A DNA stretch of 62,935 nucleotides, the filler included, from Rhabdomonas costata (taxonomy: Eukaryota), in the NCBI GenBank assembly GCA_019059605.1. It is 11 parts of 11 records of this genome, joined end to end, with 100 filler letters (N's around TTAATTAATTAA, not from the genome) between each part and the next. Parts side by side here need not be neighbours in the genome. Positions count along the whole stretch, not along the records: positions 1 to 5,798 come from JAHMHO010000049.1; positions 5,899 to 11,542 come from JAHMHO010000050.1; positions 11,643 to 17,338 come from JAHMHO010000051.1; 8 more parts are not named here. One strand, given 5' to 3'. Shown here in pieces: positions 1 to 11,929 of this stretch (the first letter of the stretch is position 1; each line of letters starts with the position of its first letter). The translations under genes and the position numbers were made by a program. Below the pieces are notes generated by a model, which was not told the DNA's origin, did no database searches, and saw nothing but the letters and a program-made list of their open reading frames with translations.

Positions 1-422
1 TTTTTTTTGGCCAACTTTCAAATCAGACGAAGAACGAAATAATAATATGAAAGTTGGTCAAAGAAGCCAATATTATTGTCAAACATAAACAGCATCTGCT
101 TGGAAGGGCTCACCTATGGCAAAGCTCTTATCGGATTCACTGGCACGGGACATCTAAATCGATTCTAGCCTTTACTCACCCGTGCAGCTCCGAGAATGGC
201 TAATTTGACGGCCAACCACGATCCTGAAGACTTGAACATTTGCTGCAGAGTGTCAGGGAGTAGTATCCGACATGGCAGCAGAAAGAACACATCGTGAATT
301 GAGGAAGCCTTTGCCTTGAAGCATCAGGTGCCTCAAACAGATGAGATGAGCGGCATATGATGTGGGGCTTGGTTTCTTCAAGGCAGACAACAGCGCTGGT
401 CCCAGTGGAAGCTCCAGCTCAC

Positions 423-3400
423 CTCCTGCACCGAAATCCGTGAAAAACTCTCGCGGAAATAAGGTGCAGCGGTTTCATTCATCCTGAAAAAAAGAAACAG
501 CATCGCAGAGAGCATCAGCTTCCTGAGGCTGACTCCTTTCGTCACGGTGGCCAGACAACCAAAAAGTAGCTCTGATATCATGGAAAGAAGTTTGCACTGT
601 CGCGGGTGTGGTAGGGGAGGGGAGTTTCATCTACCCATCGCAGCATCGCATCTCTGATGTGGCACCACCGTCATAAAAACAAACTGTAGGGAGTCGCCTT
701 CAAAAAATGGCCAAAACGTCTTGGAAAGCGACCTGGGCCTTACCGGAAACGAAAGTAATGAGTAACATTGAAAAAATGAATCACGCGATTCGTCCTTAAC
801 AAAAAACGAGAGTTTCTGACGCAAAAATCAAACCAGGGCTCTGAGAAATGTGCATGTCACATCCCAATTTCCTTCAGTTACCTCCACTCAAGCACTTACA
901 ATAATAGTACCTTGTAGCGAAATTTCGGAAGCGTTCCAAAACACTTTCATTTCGAAAAAAGGGCAAACAGTCTGGTAACTGTTCCCTATCTGGCTGTGCA
1001 AATTCAAAAAAGCCCTCATTTCATCACATCGATATATTCACAATCTCCCACCTTCCAACTGTACGTCCAAATGAGGTTTTTTTTTGTTGAAATTCTCCCT
1101 CCTATCACTTAGCTCAGAAAATGAGGGAGGGGAGGAAATAAATCGAGACATACCAGCAGACCCGAGGAGAAAGCCATAAACCAGCGCGTGCTCACCAGTG
1201 CTGATCAGTGGCACGCCAAAGCCACGAAGTGGGGGGTCGACGGTTNNNNNNNNNNNNNNNNNNNNNNNNNNNNNNNNNNNNNNNNNNNNNNNNNNNNNNN
1301 NNNNNNNNNNNNNNNNNNNNNNNNNNNNNNNNNNNNNNNNNNNNNNNNNNNNNNNNNNNNNNNNNNNNNNNNNNNNNNNNNNNNNNNNNNNNNNNNNNNN
1401 NNNNNNNNNNNNNNNNNNNNNNNNNNNNNNAATCCTGTGCTGTAGTGCTGAGTGGTTGGAATCCGGGCCCACCACTTGAGAAGTGGATCCCTCAGACGGA
1501 ACATCCGTGGTGGGGACCCCTTGCACCAGCGGTGGTAGTGCCTTCGCAGCCACCTTCGCAACCAGAAGCCAGCAAAAATAATGGCATCGACACCAAACGT
1601 TAAATGACCCCCCGGAGTCTCTGCATCGGAGTCCTATCTCACCACTGTGGTCACGAGGTGAACTTTAAATCGCCGCTTGACACGTATCTCGTTCCTGTGT
1701 GTGTGTATGCAGGCCAGTCAAAGAGTAAAGACAAAACTGACCTGACATGCACTAAATCACTCCCGCGCAAACGAATTTCACAACTCGGAAGTGAAACAGT
1801 GGCTTGGAGTGTGTCCCAGAGTCTGGAAAACTTTATGACTTGCGCCGCCTCCACTCACTCTCACCCAATTATTTTTTTGTTCACGATGCATTGCTATCAG
1901 CAAAGTCGGCAAAAGAAATTTCCGAGCCCCTCCCTGGGCTGAACCCACCTGGTGTTGTTGAAGGCCCTTTCTGCCTCATCCATGTATTTTGCCGTGCGGG
2001 CGATCGCAGGGGCCCACCCGTCCTGCACACCCACGCCAGCGGACTTAAGGTCAAAGCACGCCCTTTCAAAGCAGGCGTCCTCCCGTGGGCAGCACCCTAG
2101 GAAAGCCACGGATGGGAACCGCGCCACCGGCACCCCTGCCAGGCTGAGATGAAGCCGAAGGAACAGCTCCGAGTTGGAGCGCCGAAGGCACAGCGCTCGA
2201 GAGGCGGCGCCGGAGAGCAGGGCCTCCCACCGGCGGAAATACACCTACACGGCCGTGAGTATGGGGTAAGTGAAAATCGACACCTGAGTTACAGTTCGGC
2301 GCCTGAAAGGGTACAGCCTGGATCCAACCCCAGGGAATCCAGGGAAGGCGAAATCGCCACCTAACCCTTCCGAAAGGAGGTGCTGACCCCGCCATCTGTA
2401 TCTGCTGCAGAATGTTCGAACCCCTTGTTGCACTCCTTGCATCACCCCTTACTCTCACTCTTTCCCCTGATTGGCGGTTTGTGTGCCTTGTGTGCCTCCT
2501 TGCAGTTCTGCGCGCCTCACGGGTTTTCTGTTCCACCTCCCAGTATCCTCCTTCGTGTCTGAAGGTTGTGATTTGCTATTTTGCTTGTTTGCGGGTGGAC
2601 TATTCACTGAACTGTGGTGACACGGTGCCGTGCACTCTCGGCATAAGGAAGCACTACTATGGATTGTTACACGCCAGACAGTGTTGGACCTTTCTGGCAC
2701 CCAAGGATGAGCAAAAGGCAGCGGGTGTTACGGTGTTGTGCTTCGCCAGCTGGTTTGCNNNNNNNNNNNNNNNNNNNNNNNNNNNNNNNNNNNNNNNNNN
2801 NNNNNNNNNNNNNNNNNNNNNNNNNNCCCAAGGATGAGCAAAAGGCAGCGGGTGTTACGGTGTTGTGCTTCGCCAGCTGGTTTGCCGCCGTTTACCAACT
2901 TTCGGGGAGGACGACTCGTGGGGTCGACGCCGGCAACAGGCCCCGACTCCAATTTCCCACCCCGGTATCTTATGGTTGGGAAGCAGGGTCGACGTCTCTG
3001 GTAACACCACACCATATTGACAAAAGCACGCCGGGACAACCCCGTCCTGCACAAGGCTATCATCGGCATTATCCAAGCAGACCTTCGGTTTCAGATTTCT
3101 TGCATTGCTGCATCTCTCACACCTCACTACCACTACCTGCAATCAAACCTCAGCGGCAGAGCGGTTGCAGACCGCGTGGCGGTCGTTCAGCCCGCCTTGC
3201 CAGTCCGCACCCTCCGGAACCCACACCCACCGCGGGTCCAGCACCCCGAGCGGGGGGTGGGGGTGCAGCCACACCATGTCCAACCGGGCCCACACCACCC
3301 ACAGGTATGGCCGCCCGCCCCGGCGCTCCCGCTCCACACGGCGCACTAGCCTCATGCACACGCCCTGGCTGAAGTACATGTACAAAGCCCCACCGCGGCG

Positions 3401-4544
3401 GCCAAAGGCAGGGCCCAGGGCGTTGTCCGTGACCTTCCCGTACTGCGTCGCGGCAGGGGACCGAGCCAGGGCGGCATGCAACTGCTGCACCGTGGGCTGA
3501 GGTCCACGCAGCATTGCGGTGACGGCCTGCTTCAGGGCGTCCTCCAGTTTTGTATCACTGCTGGTGGTATTCCGTTTGCCGCGGTACACCAGAAGATCAG
3601 CTTTGAGAGGATTGACGACGTTTCTGAATGGAGCGAGTGAGAAGGTTAGATGGAGAGGGAAGAAGCAATCAGATTCTTTGGCAGACCAAAACGGATCAAC
3701 GCAGATATTGAGACGGGGGGGGGGAGCTCGGAGCATTAAACGTTCAACACCGTTAAACGGTCAAAAAGTTTTAAACCAAATAACTCACCATCATCTAACG
3801 AGAACTGGCGCACCATACCGAACACCCCTTTGGTCAAGAGGTCAACATACACAATTTACCAAACCCTAACCCCCCGTGCTCGGAAAACAGCTGTACCGAA
3901 AAATGAAAAATGTGTTAACGGTGAAAAAAAAGTTTAGCACCACTAACGGTTGAATCTCAAATTGCTCAAACCTCCCCCACCCATGGCATGTCCCCCTTCG
4001 CTCCGGCCGTGCCGCGGACTGCTTCAGCCCCTATCCCAATGGATCTGCACAGTCCCAAGGGAATAACACCGTTGAACTTCTAACGCCCCATCCCCAGAAA
4101 CACAATTGTCCCCGTCTGTCGTGCATTGGAACACTATTGGAAGGGAGGAAGAAAGGCGCCAAATGCGTGAGAACGGGGGCAAGGCAGGGGGAGTTTCAAG
4201 ACCCACTTCCAACCCGCGAACCTCATCACATTCTCCAGTCCCATCGTTGTCGCCCGGTAGCCAATTGCACACACCACGGTCTGTGGCCACCTCGCTGCCT
4301 CGAGTCCAAGGAGCGAAGGTGCAATCCAGAGCCGCCCGCGTGGCCACAACCCCGTACCGTTCGCGGTCCGATTTCTCAAAGTGGTGTTCAACATTGTGCC
4401 CAGAGCAGCGCCCGGGGGAATTGTGCCCAGAGCAGCGCCCCGCAGGGTCTGCTCCAGTGCCAAATGCCGCACATCGCCCCTGGAGGGCCTGCTGACATAC
4501 AGTAGCAAAGCCACAACAAAGCGGGTGGCAGAAGCCCATCCCAT
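423..4544 (-). CDS. Spliced gene for an uncharacterised glycosyltransferase-like secretory or membrane protein; 3' part uncertain
   Basis: Phase-consistent GT-AG exons 4544-4222, 3623-3149, 2244-1949 and 1553 into the N gap; tentative further exon 483-423. Hydrophobic N-terminus, then VVCAIGYR..N, NVVNPLKAD, WVVWARLDMVWLHPHPPL, VWVPEGADWQGGLNDRHAVCNR, YFRR and NSELFL. This RxD / GGxNDR pattern resembles algal and protist GT-like proteins. Confidence 0.7.
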
Positions 4545-5328
4545 TGCAGGCCCGTCCCGCCAGCCGCTGCACGCTGGAAAGCGAGGAACTTCACAAAGGC
4601 GATGCGACTGCCGGGAAACCAGAAAGTGGTGCGATAAGGAGGGCCACTCCAAAACGAACAAAAACCCAGATATTGCCACACAATTTATGTAGGACCAAGA
4701 CGCCATGGTTCACCTCCGCTTATCCACCTTCTGTACAGTACTGGATCTCACTATCACCCAGTGAGGGTTGTAAACCAAAACGTTAGGGGGCTACCCCCCC
4801 CCCATCGCACACGTACGCTAGTATTGCCATTGCAAAGGACCGTGAAAAGGTGTAACCAGTGCGGCTGATGGCACAGGGGAACTTGGGCACAGTCAGTTTT
4901 CTCCCACTCCAGGGATAAAGTGCAAAGGAAACGGGCCCGCACGGCAACAAGCCAGGTTCATTGCGAGCTCCACTGTGAGGTGAGCAATCCCGGCAGGTGC
5001 AATCCTCCCGGTCCTTGACATGAGCACTTCGGGGAATGGCCCTCCCAACGTGGGACGTTGCTGTCGGACACCAGCAGACCACACGGAAATTGCCCTTGGT
5101 CAGACGAAGGGCAGCAGCGGACGAAGCGATCAAGATCAGCCGTACATTAGTTCTGCCTCACGTCCACGGATGTGGTGCGTCACTCTCCTCACCGGGAAAA
5201 GAGAAGGTCGCTTAAGAGGAAGGATCCCCTGGCAAGTCCATTTTTCTGCATGCCCGCTCCGTGGAACAGAGTCACTGGGGGTTCATCACTCGCTCGAGCA
5301 TTTGCAACCAAACCAAGCCCTAGCAGGG

Positions 5329-5560
5329 TCAGTGCTTTCGCTGTGAAGGTCCCGTGCGTGGGCACCGAGAAGCGGCCGAAACCAGGTCAAGCTTGGAGAT
5401 AAGACGCTGGTGGCTCCAAATTTGATGTTCATTACACGGCAGCCACTCCGTGCTGTTCATCGGCGGAGGGGAACCCCATTTCCCTTGGAATGGGTCTTTC
5501 AGATGCAAGATGCGTGGGGGATCCCCAACACACCACTTATGGCGGTGTCTCCGAAGCCAT
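5329..5560 (-). CDS. 3' exon of an upstream tandem paralog of the GT-like gene
   Basis: After an AG acceptor (5562-5561) it reads WLRRHRHKWCVGDPPRILHLKDP, matching WLRRHYHRWCKGSPPRMFRLRDP at 1553 with the same intron position and phase. Confidence 0.6.
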
Positions 5561-5798
5561 CTACGAGAAGATGAAAAAAAAGCGCTTAGGACAATAATCA
5601 ACTTGCGAGGGTAGAGAGCAGCCGGAAACAAAATTTTTGAGACGCACAGCATTTTTTCTGACCACTCCCATCCCGCGAGAGTCAGCGCTGCGAGAAAAGG
5701 GGACGGGAAAAAACTACGAAGAGAAACGAAGAATCACATTAATATAGTCTTCCCTACAACAAAACATGCGGAAAAACAAAAGTGTACAACCCAACCCC

Positions 5799-5898
5799 NN
5801 NNNNNNNNNNNNNNNNNNNNNNNNNNNNNNNNNNNNNNNNNNTTAATTAATTAANNNNNNNNNNNNNNNNNNNNNNNNNNNNNNNNNNNNNNNNNNNN
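5799..5898. other. Artificial contig linker (44 N + TTAATTAATTAA + 44 N); the same linker recurs at 11543-11642, 17339-17438, 23038-23137, 28858-28957, 34565-34664, 40229-40328, 45939-46038, 51621-51720 and 57275-57374
   Basis: Ten identical 100-bp spacers carry a six-frame stop cassette, and gene content does not continue across them. Confidence 0.98.
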
Positions 5899-6139
5899 GT
5901 TTTGTGGTTCGCTGTATATGATGGTGGCCCACAGCTCACTTGGACGGTCGGGGGCCCCAACTCAGCCTCCTCTTTGTCAGAGCGGTGTGCTCTTCAGTAG
6001 CCTTCAATTGTTTTGATTGTTCGAGACTATTTCCGCCTTACCCTGTTCCCGAGCCTGGGTATTGTAATAATTTTACCTGCTCTTACCGGATGCGAGCGAA
6101 TCTCTGTGTGTTTCTGTTGTGTCTCTCTTTGCAACTTAG

Positions 6140-6833
6140 GTGAGTTCAAACAGACCACAAAACGAGTCATCCGCTGCACCAAAGAGAAGCCCTTGAAGGC
6201 GCAAATCCCGAAAGACTTCGCGTACTTCTATGTGGAGACCGCGCTGGACCGTGGACTGGTTCACCTCATCGGTCTACCTGCCTGCATGCCATCTTCGGAA
6301 GCCTCATTGCGGTCAACACGTCACCTGACCCTGGATCCTCGTTGATGGTCGATGGTCGTTGTCGATACCATGGTTTTTGGTCAGTTCACTTCATTGCATG
6401 CGTGTAGTGGTGTGGGGTAACGACGACTGCTTGACTGTTAATGAAAATCGGATGAAGCTGCTCCTTTAAGCGGATTTTTATCATGCTGCAGATTTCCACA
6501 AAACAGCTCGTTTCAGTTGATCTCAGGTCCTTCCGGAGCCTCCACCTCCATCGCATTCATTCCCCTTGTGCTCGAATTTCAGAGGACGACCAGAACTGGG
6601 ACCCCAACTTCGGACGTCACGTCGTGGGTGGGATGCTGGGCCGGGCCACCCAGGGCCGCACACCCAGATCGGGACGAGGTGGCTCCTCTGGGTTCCGGGG
6701 ACGGGGGATAGTCCCTCCCACCACGGAGCAGGACGCTTCTGTAAGGATCAAAGCTTTCTTGCAGGCTTACCGGGACTTTGACTGGACGAAGGCTCTGGAA
6801 CAGGCTGGGCCGGAGGAACAGGCCCCAGGGTGA
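6140..6833 (+). CDS. CWF19L2: CWF19-like protein 2 (CwfJ C-terminal domain), last two exons
   Basis: Exons 6140-6271 and 6583-6833 splice in phase: IPKDFAYFYVE..GLVHLIEDDQNWDPNFGRHVVGGML...FDWTKAL, the typical CWF19L2 C-terminus. Confidence 0.85.
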
Positions 6834-7924
6834 GCTGGAGCTTTTCGCAGCTCCATTGTTAATTTCCTGTGCCCATCGAAATCTGCGAACCTCATACTGT
6901 GTGGGCCTGCTTGTCGTGGCCCTTTAGTTCGCAATCCAGTTGAAGAAATCAGATCCCTGGGGTGGGTTCGGAGTATTGCAGTGATAGCAGGTGACGCAGT
7001 GAACGAAGACGAAATTTTTGGAACAGACGAAGCTGCCAGGTCGATCAGGTCAATGGAGTCCAGAATTGAGGGTAATAAAAGTACGGGGCTTGACAGCAGA
7101 GTTCCACATGGGCGATGTCCTGCCTGCTGGCCATCTGGCAAAGAAGTGTCACGATCTTGAGATGAATAAACTGGAAGAAGCCCGAAAATACTGAACTTCT
7201 TGTTTCTTCGAAAGAGACCTGTGAAATTGCGTTCAGGCTGTCTGTCTTTCGGTTGAGATCAATTTCTCTCATGTCTTCTGTATTATCGGGTGTAAGACCA
7301 AGTATCCTTGCATCCGCAGTTGAAAATATTCAGGATCTCAGTCGTTGGGTTTCGTACTTTTCTTTCCATGTTTTGTCTCTTTGGGTCTTTTTGATTTTCA
7401 GCTCTCTATTTACCTGTGTGCTTCCCCACCAACCTTCGGCACATTGACACATTGGTTCGCTTTATCGCGTTGGGCCTTACTTCAAAGCCGCCCCAACAAC
7501 CGCTCTGGACAATGTGATTCAATAACCTTGTGCAGACCATGAACGTGAACGGGCTTATTGCAAACGTTGGTTGAGCGTAGGAATGTCCAATCTCACTGTG
7601 TAAAATGTTATAGAGTTGCAATTCGTACTTTTTATGTCTGAGGGTGTGGCATGTGCTTTCTGCAAGGGCTCGGTTCGGTTCAAGCCCGAGGATCCTCGTT
7701 TCACCATGCAGACATTCTGGATGTTATTCTGGATGTTTTATTTCTGTGCCGAATACGTCAGCCAGAATTGTGGACCAGAAGTGCTCGATATTGGTAGTGA
7801 TTACGTTGACAATGTAACTCTAAACCAGTTGACTGTAATTTGTTGATTGGGTTGCGGATGCACCTGAACTAAGGTCCTACCCCGGCTTCATCCCATTCCG
7901 CAGCACCTAGAAGCAAAAGGGACC

Positions 7925-10900
7925 ATGTTTCCGCGGACGGTTGCTCATCGCCAACCCTCGAAACACTTCTCTCAGCACGCCCACCTGCTACAGCTCCCCC
8001 TTGCGACTATTCCACCTCACTCTTCCCCCATGCCTCTCGCCTCTTCGGCAGCTGCAGTGACGCCCGAGCAACCTTCTCTCACTCCGATGAGTGCTGACCT
8101 TCCCCAGCAGCCCAGCGTCGACCATGTCTCCCCGAAAAGCGGGGCGGAGGTTTCTGAGGATTTGGGGTGTGAAGTGGCCTACCGGGCCACGCCAGAGGCC
8201 TTGGAGGCGGAGCTGGCGAACCCCGAGCTGCAGCTGCAGCTGCAGCTTCCCGAGAACCCCACGCTGAGCCAGCCTTGGACGCTGTGGAGGGACCTCTGGG
8301 AGAGCCACAGCGGGAAAGTTTCCCTGAGCCACCTGTACACCCTGAACGTAGCTCACACATGGGAGGTGCTGCGCGCGCTTTTGAGTTTTCCGTATCCTTT
8401 TCGTGGCTTTTATGGTTTCTTCCAACCATTAGCGATTGTACCTGCGAACAGGGTTGGCCTTTTTTTTTAACATTTAATAATTTCGATTTTATTTTTGGGG
8501 GGGTCTAAAGCTGGAGTATGAAATTTTCGTACAGGGTCACTGACACAAAGGCTGCACTTGTGTGTTTTCTGTGTTTGTGTGTGTGTGTGTGTTGTACTTC
8601 TGTCTGTACATCGCACAAACATATACAAACGCGAACAAACATACTCCACTGTCCCTAACCGTCCCTAACTCAAAGAAGAAAGAAGAAATTCTATTCTGCA
8701 ACGGAGCTTGCTTCTTGAATCCTTCTGTCGCTCAAATTTTCTGATTCTTCTCTTTTCCAGAGAGAAAACCCGCGTGTCATAAAGGGCACACATACATCTG
8801 CGCCAATCTTTTTTTTGTTAAAAGACTGCATTTTTTTTTTGAAAAATTGCATTAAAAGTGTGGGGAAAATTGGTTTGTAAAATTGGTTTCTGCTCTGAAG
8901 CAAAACGGAACCTAAGAAATGCAACTTGGAAGTCGCTGGAACGGAACTCATGTTTTGCGCATAATGTACACGCTTTTGCAGCAATGCCAAAGACACGGTT
9001 GAGACCCTGAAGAGGACACGTAGTGGAGGGAAAAGAACTGTTGACACTCAAACGTACCACGTTAAAAACGCTGACACGATGCTATAGCGCTGTTCTTGCT
9101 GTTACTGAAAAAGATCTTGCTCACGTTCACTGGCTTTTGAGTTCGTTGGATCTTTCTCATCGTTGTGTTGCATTTCCCTTGACCTTGACGCCAGATATTT
9201 TGAATTGCAGTGTGCTTCGGACTTGCTCTCAGTGGGCACGACGTTAATCCGCTCTGCTGAAGAGCTGCCTTCCCTTTTAGGGAAAGGAATGGCTCCAAGG
9301 CACCGCCTTGTGAAAGGATCCAATACAATTTAGATTTGAGTACACGCAAGGGGGTCTGCTGAGGCTTCAGTCCCCGTTTTTGTATAACGCAAACAGGAGT
9401 TCTGGAGCATGTTTCCTGTCAGCACTGCCCAAACGGCCGCGCTTCAGAGCCTGCACATCTTTCGCGAGGGGATCACCCCGGTTTACGAGGACCCCGCCAA
9501 CAATCGCGGGGGGCATTTTGTATGTTTCCCCTCTCTTTTCGGCTGCTTTTGGATGTTGTGAAATCCGTGGGAGAAAAAGGAAACCGGTCCTCATCCTTTT
9601 TCCAATGTGCGAGGCATGGAGGCCACGCCGCTGATGAAACTTCCTCCGCTTGTTCTTCCTGCTTGCCCAGCTGCTCCGCTGCTGTCGTATGGCGACCGGT
9701 AAAAGGGAGTTGCTGTCTTCTCGGCATTTGTGGTGGTAACGAGTGCATGGTGAGGGAAGTTCACTGCAGCAGAATTTTCACGGTTTTTGTCGTGTGTGTG
9801 TGTGTGGTGCAGAAAATGCGCACCAACACGGTGGCGCAAATGCACAACACCTGGACCTACGTAGCGGTTAGCCTGGTCCTGGAGCAGCTCCCCCGAATGA
9901 ACGACGTGGTCCTTGTTCTCTCCTCCCCCCGTCGTTCCCGATGGCCTCCGTCGGACTTCTCCTGGAAATCCGGGTCAAGATGGCAACCAGGACTTGAATC
10001 ATCAGAAGCCCAACGATTTGCTGACGCAGAGGGAGCCACGGCGAGTGATTTCAGCTGGGATCTTTGCAGAAGAAGCTGTTCTGCCGTCCAGATTGACTGT
10101 GGCCCCTTTGAAGCTTGTGCATGCTTTTTTTTTAGTGAGATTGGGCAATGTGCAAGCGTTTGGTTTTTGACTTTTATTTAAAGGAAACAATTAAGGAAAG
10201 AACATAGGGAAAACATAAGGAAAGAGCAGTCAGCAGGCTTTGGCTTTAGGTTTAGCCCCCCCTATGACTGCGTACCACGGTGTTTGGATGCCCTTTCCTT
10301 CGTTTTCGCAGTGTGGAGTGACGCTCGCGAAGAAGACGCGCAACACTCTGCTGAAGATCTGGGTGCGGGACTCTTTGGACACCTCTCTGACCCAGACCCT
10401 GCAGCGGTGGCTGGGGGACCACGTAGGCCGGTGGTACACCCATTGCAAGTTCTGCCCCCACAAGTACATCCTGGCGACTATCCTGAACGTATGCCTTGGG
10501 AAGAGGAGAGCGAACACATGCCAGGATGCAGAGAGAGTAACGTGGAGAGAAAAGCAGAGCTACAACAACCCCAGATCCGTCTCCGTGTATGCATCATATG
10601 CATCATATATGTCGGTATTTCGGTGCGTTCATGCTTGTGCCTCTGAGTTGTGAGGGGTGAATGAGTGCACAGACACACCCAATTCGTTTATTGCCTCTAT
10701 GGCAAGCCGCCATCTAGAAGGTTGAAATGAGCACACGGTCAAGGTGATGCCCGTGTCACGTCCTACTCCTTTCCCATTCCAAGGGAGCCGATGTTGAATG
10801 AGTGAGGTTATCCAGTGCGCAGAGCGAAGATTTTGCCGAAATAAATACGTGAGCCTGAACTGGCCGACTATGAATTTAGACGGCCTCCTTGCGTTTTACT

Positions 10901-11542
10901 CTTCTTTCGGATCACAGCAAAATGCTGCTCAGCTCAACGAGGACGCTGAAGGTTGAAGTCCTCTGCCCCCTCCCCTTTCTTATGGTTCTTGGACTGCGTC
11001 GCTCAAGGCTCATGGGTGGGCGATTCGACTTCGGAAATTTCGTCCCAAAAGTGAAGATTAATGAGCATGGTGAGACTTTCCTTCAAATTGGTTTGTTTTC
11101 AACTGACAGAAATGAAATCAATCTACCTCAAACCTTTTACTGAGTGCTGGGCAACAATGTGCTCGACATTGATTGACCATGATCAAGAAGTGAATCGATA
11201 TGAAAGGTCATTGGATCCCCGATGTTTGAAGTATTATGCTGCCCGTTTTATGAGGTCGCGGCGGATGGGGGGGGGGGTGTTTTTTCGCAGCTTCTGGCCG
11301 CTCCCAGTTCCCTTTCCGCGGCCGTGGTGTCCGCCGCACCTCCAGCCAGAGCACCGTCTCCTCCTCCTCCGCGTCCGCCAGCACTACCCCACGGCTCTCC
11401 GACTCCATGGCCCTCGCCGGAGCCCTTCCTTCCCATACCCTTCCTCCCACCACAGCCGCCGCATGGATGAACTCGATGGCACCGCTCCCTGCCTCCCATC
11501 ACGGCCCCCTCAGCTACCCCCACCACCACCCACACCCAACAC
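7925..11542 (+). CDS. eIF4E: Divergent eIF4E-family cap-binding protein with low-complexity N- and C-terminal extensions; 3' end runs off the contig
   Basis: In-phase exons 7925-8365, 9397-9519, 9813-9908, 10312-10488, 10918-10951 and 11291 to contig end. Motifs PWTLW, TWEEFW, HIFREGITPVYEDPANNRGGHF, TWTYV, CGVT and LKIW. Confidence 0.88.
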
Positions 11543-11929
11543 NNNNNNNNNNNNNNNNNNNNNNNNNNNNNNNNNNNNNNNNNNNNTTAATTAATTAANN
11601 NNNNNNNNNNNNNNNNNNNNNNNNNNNNNNNNNNNNNNNNNNTGTTGGTTGTTTTTTCTTCCTTTTTTGATTTATCGCGATTTAAGTCCCGTGCCCATCA
11701 TTGCTGAGCCGGGCCCAGGGCGTGCGCCAAGCGGGGTTCTGGGGTTGTCCTGTTGCGCGTTCGCTCGTCCCAGCCATGAGAAGGGTTCTTGTGTTGTATG
11801 GATGACCCACTCATTTTGCCCTTCGCCATAGCCGAACTAGAACCAGGATTTTATTGCTGGGCCCCTCATTTTCTGCCTTTTGCTGTTTGCAGCTGTTTGC
11901 TTCTCTCACATTCGGATTCCGGCGAAAAA

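Noticed and set aside
2699..2886. 60-bp direct repeat flanking an N gap
   Set aside because: Identical sequence on both sides of a scaffold gap is most simply an unmerged overlap.
4394..4440. 20-bp direct repeat; similar short duplications at ~16087-16240 and ~35740-35782
   Set aside because: Ordinary slippage duplications with no further structure.
4893..5180. Possible DIRS RNase H remnant (LLVSDSN...HFIPGVGEN)
   Set aside because: The match needs frame changes, key motifs are missing, and the segment lies between two GT-like paralogs.
5843..5854. Regularly spaced TTAATTAATTAA palindromes as a biological repeat
   Set aside because: Always centred in 44+44 N; this is an artificial join.
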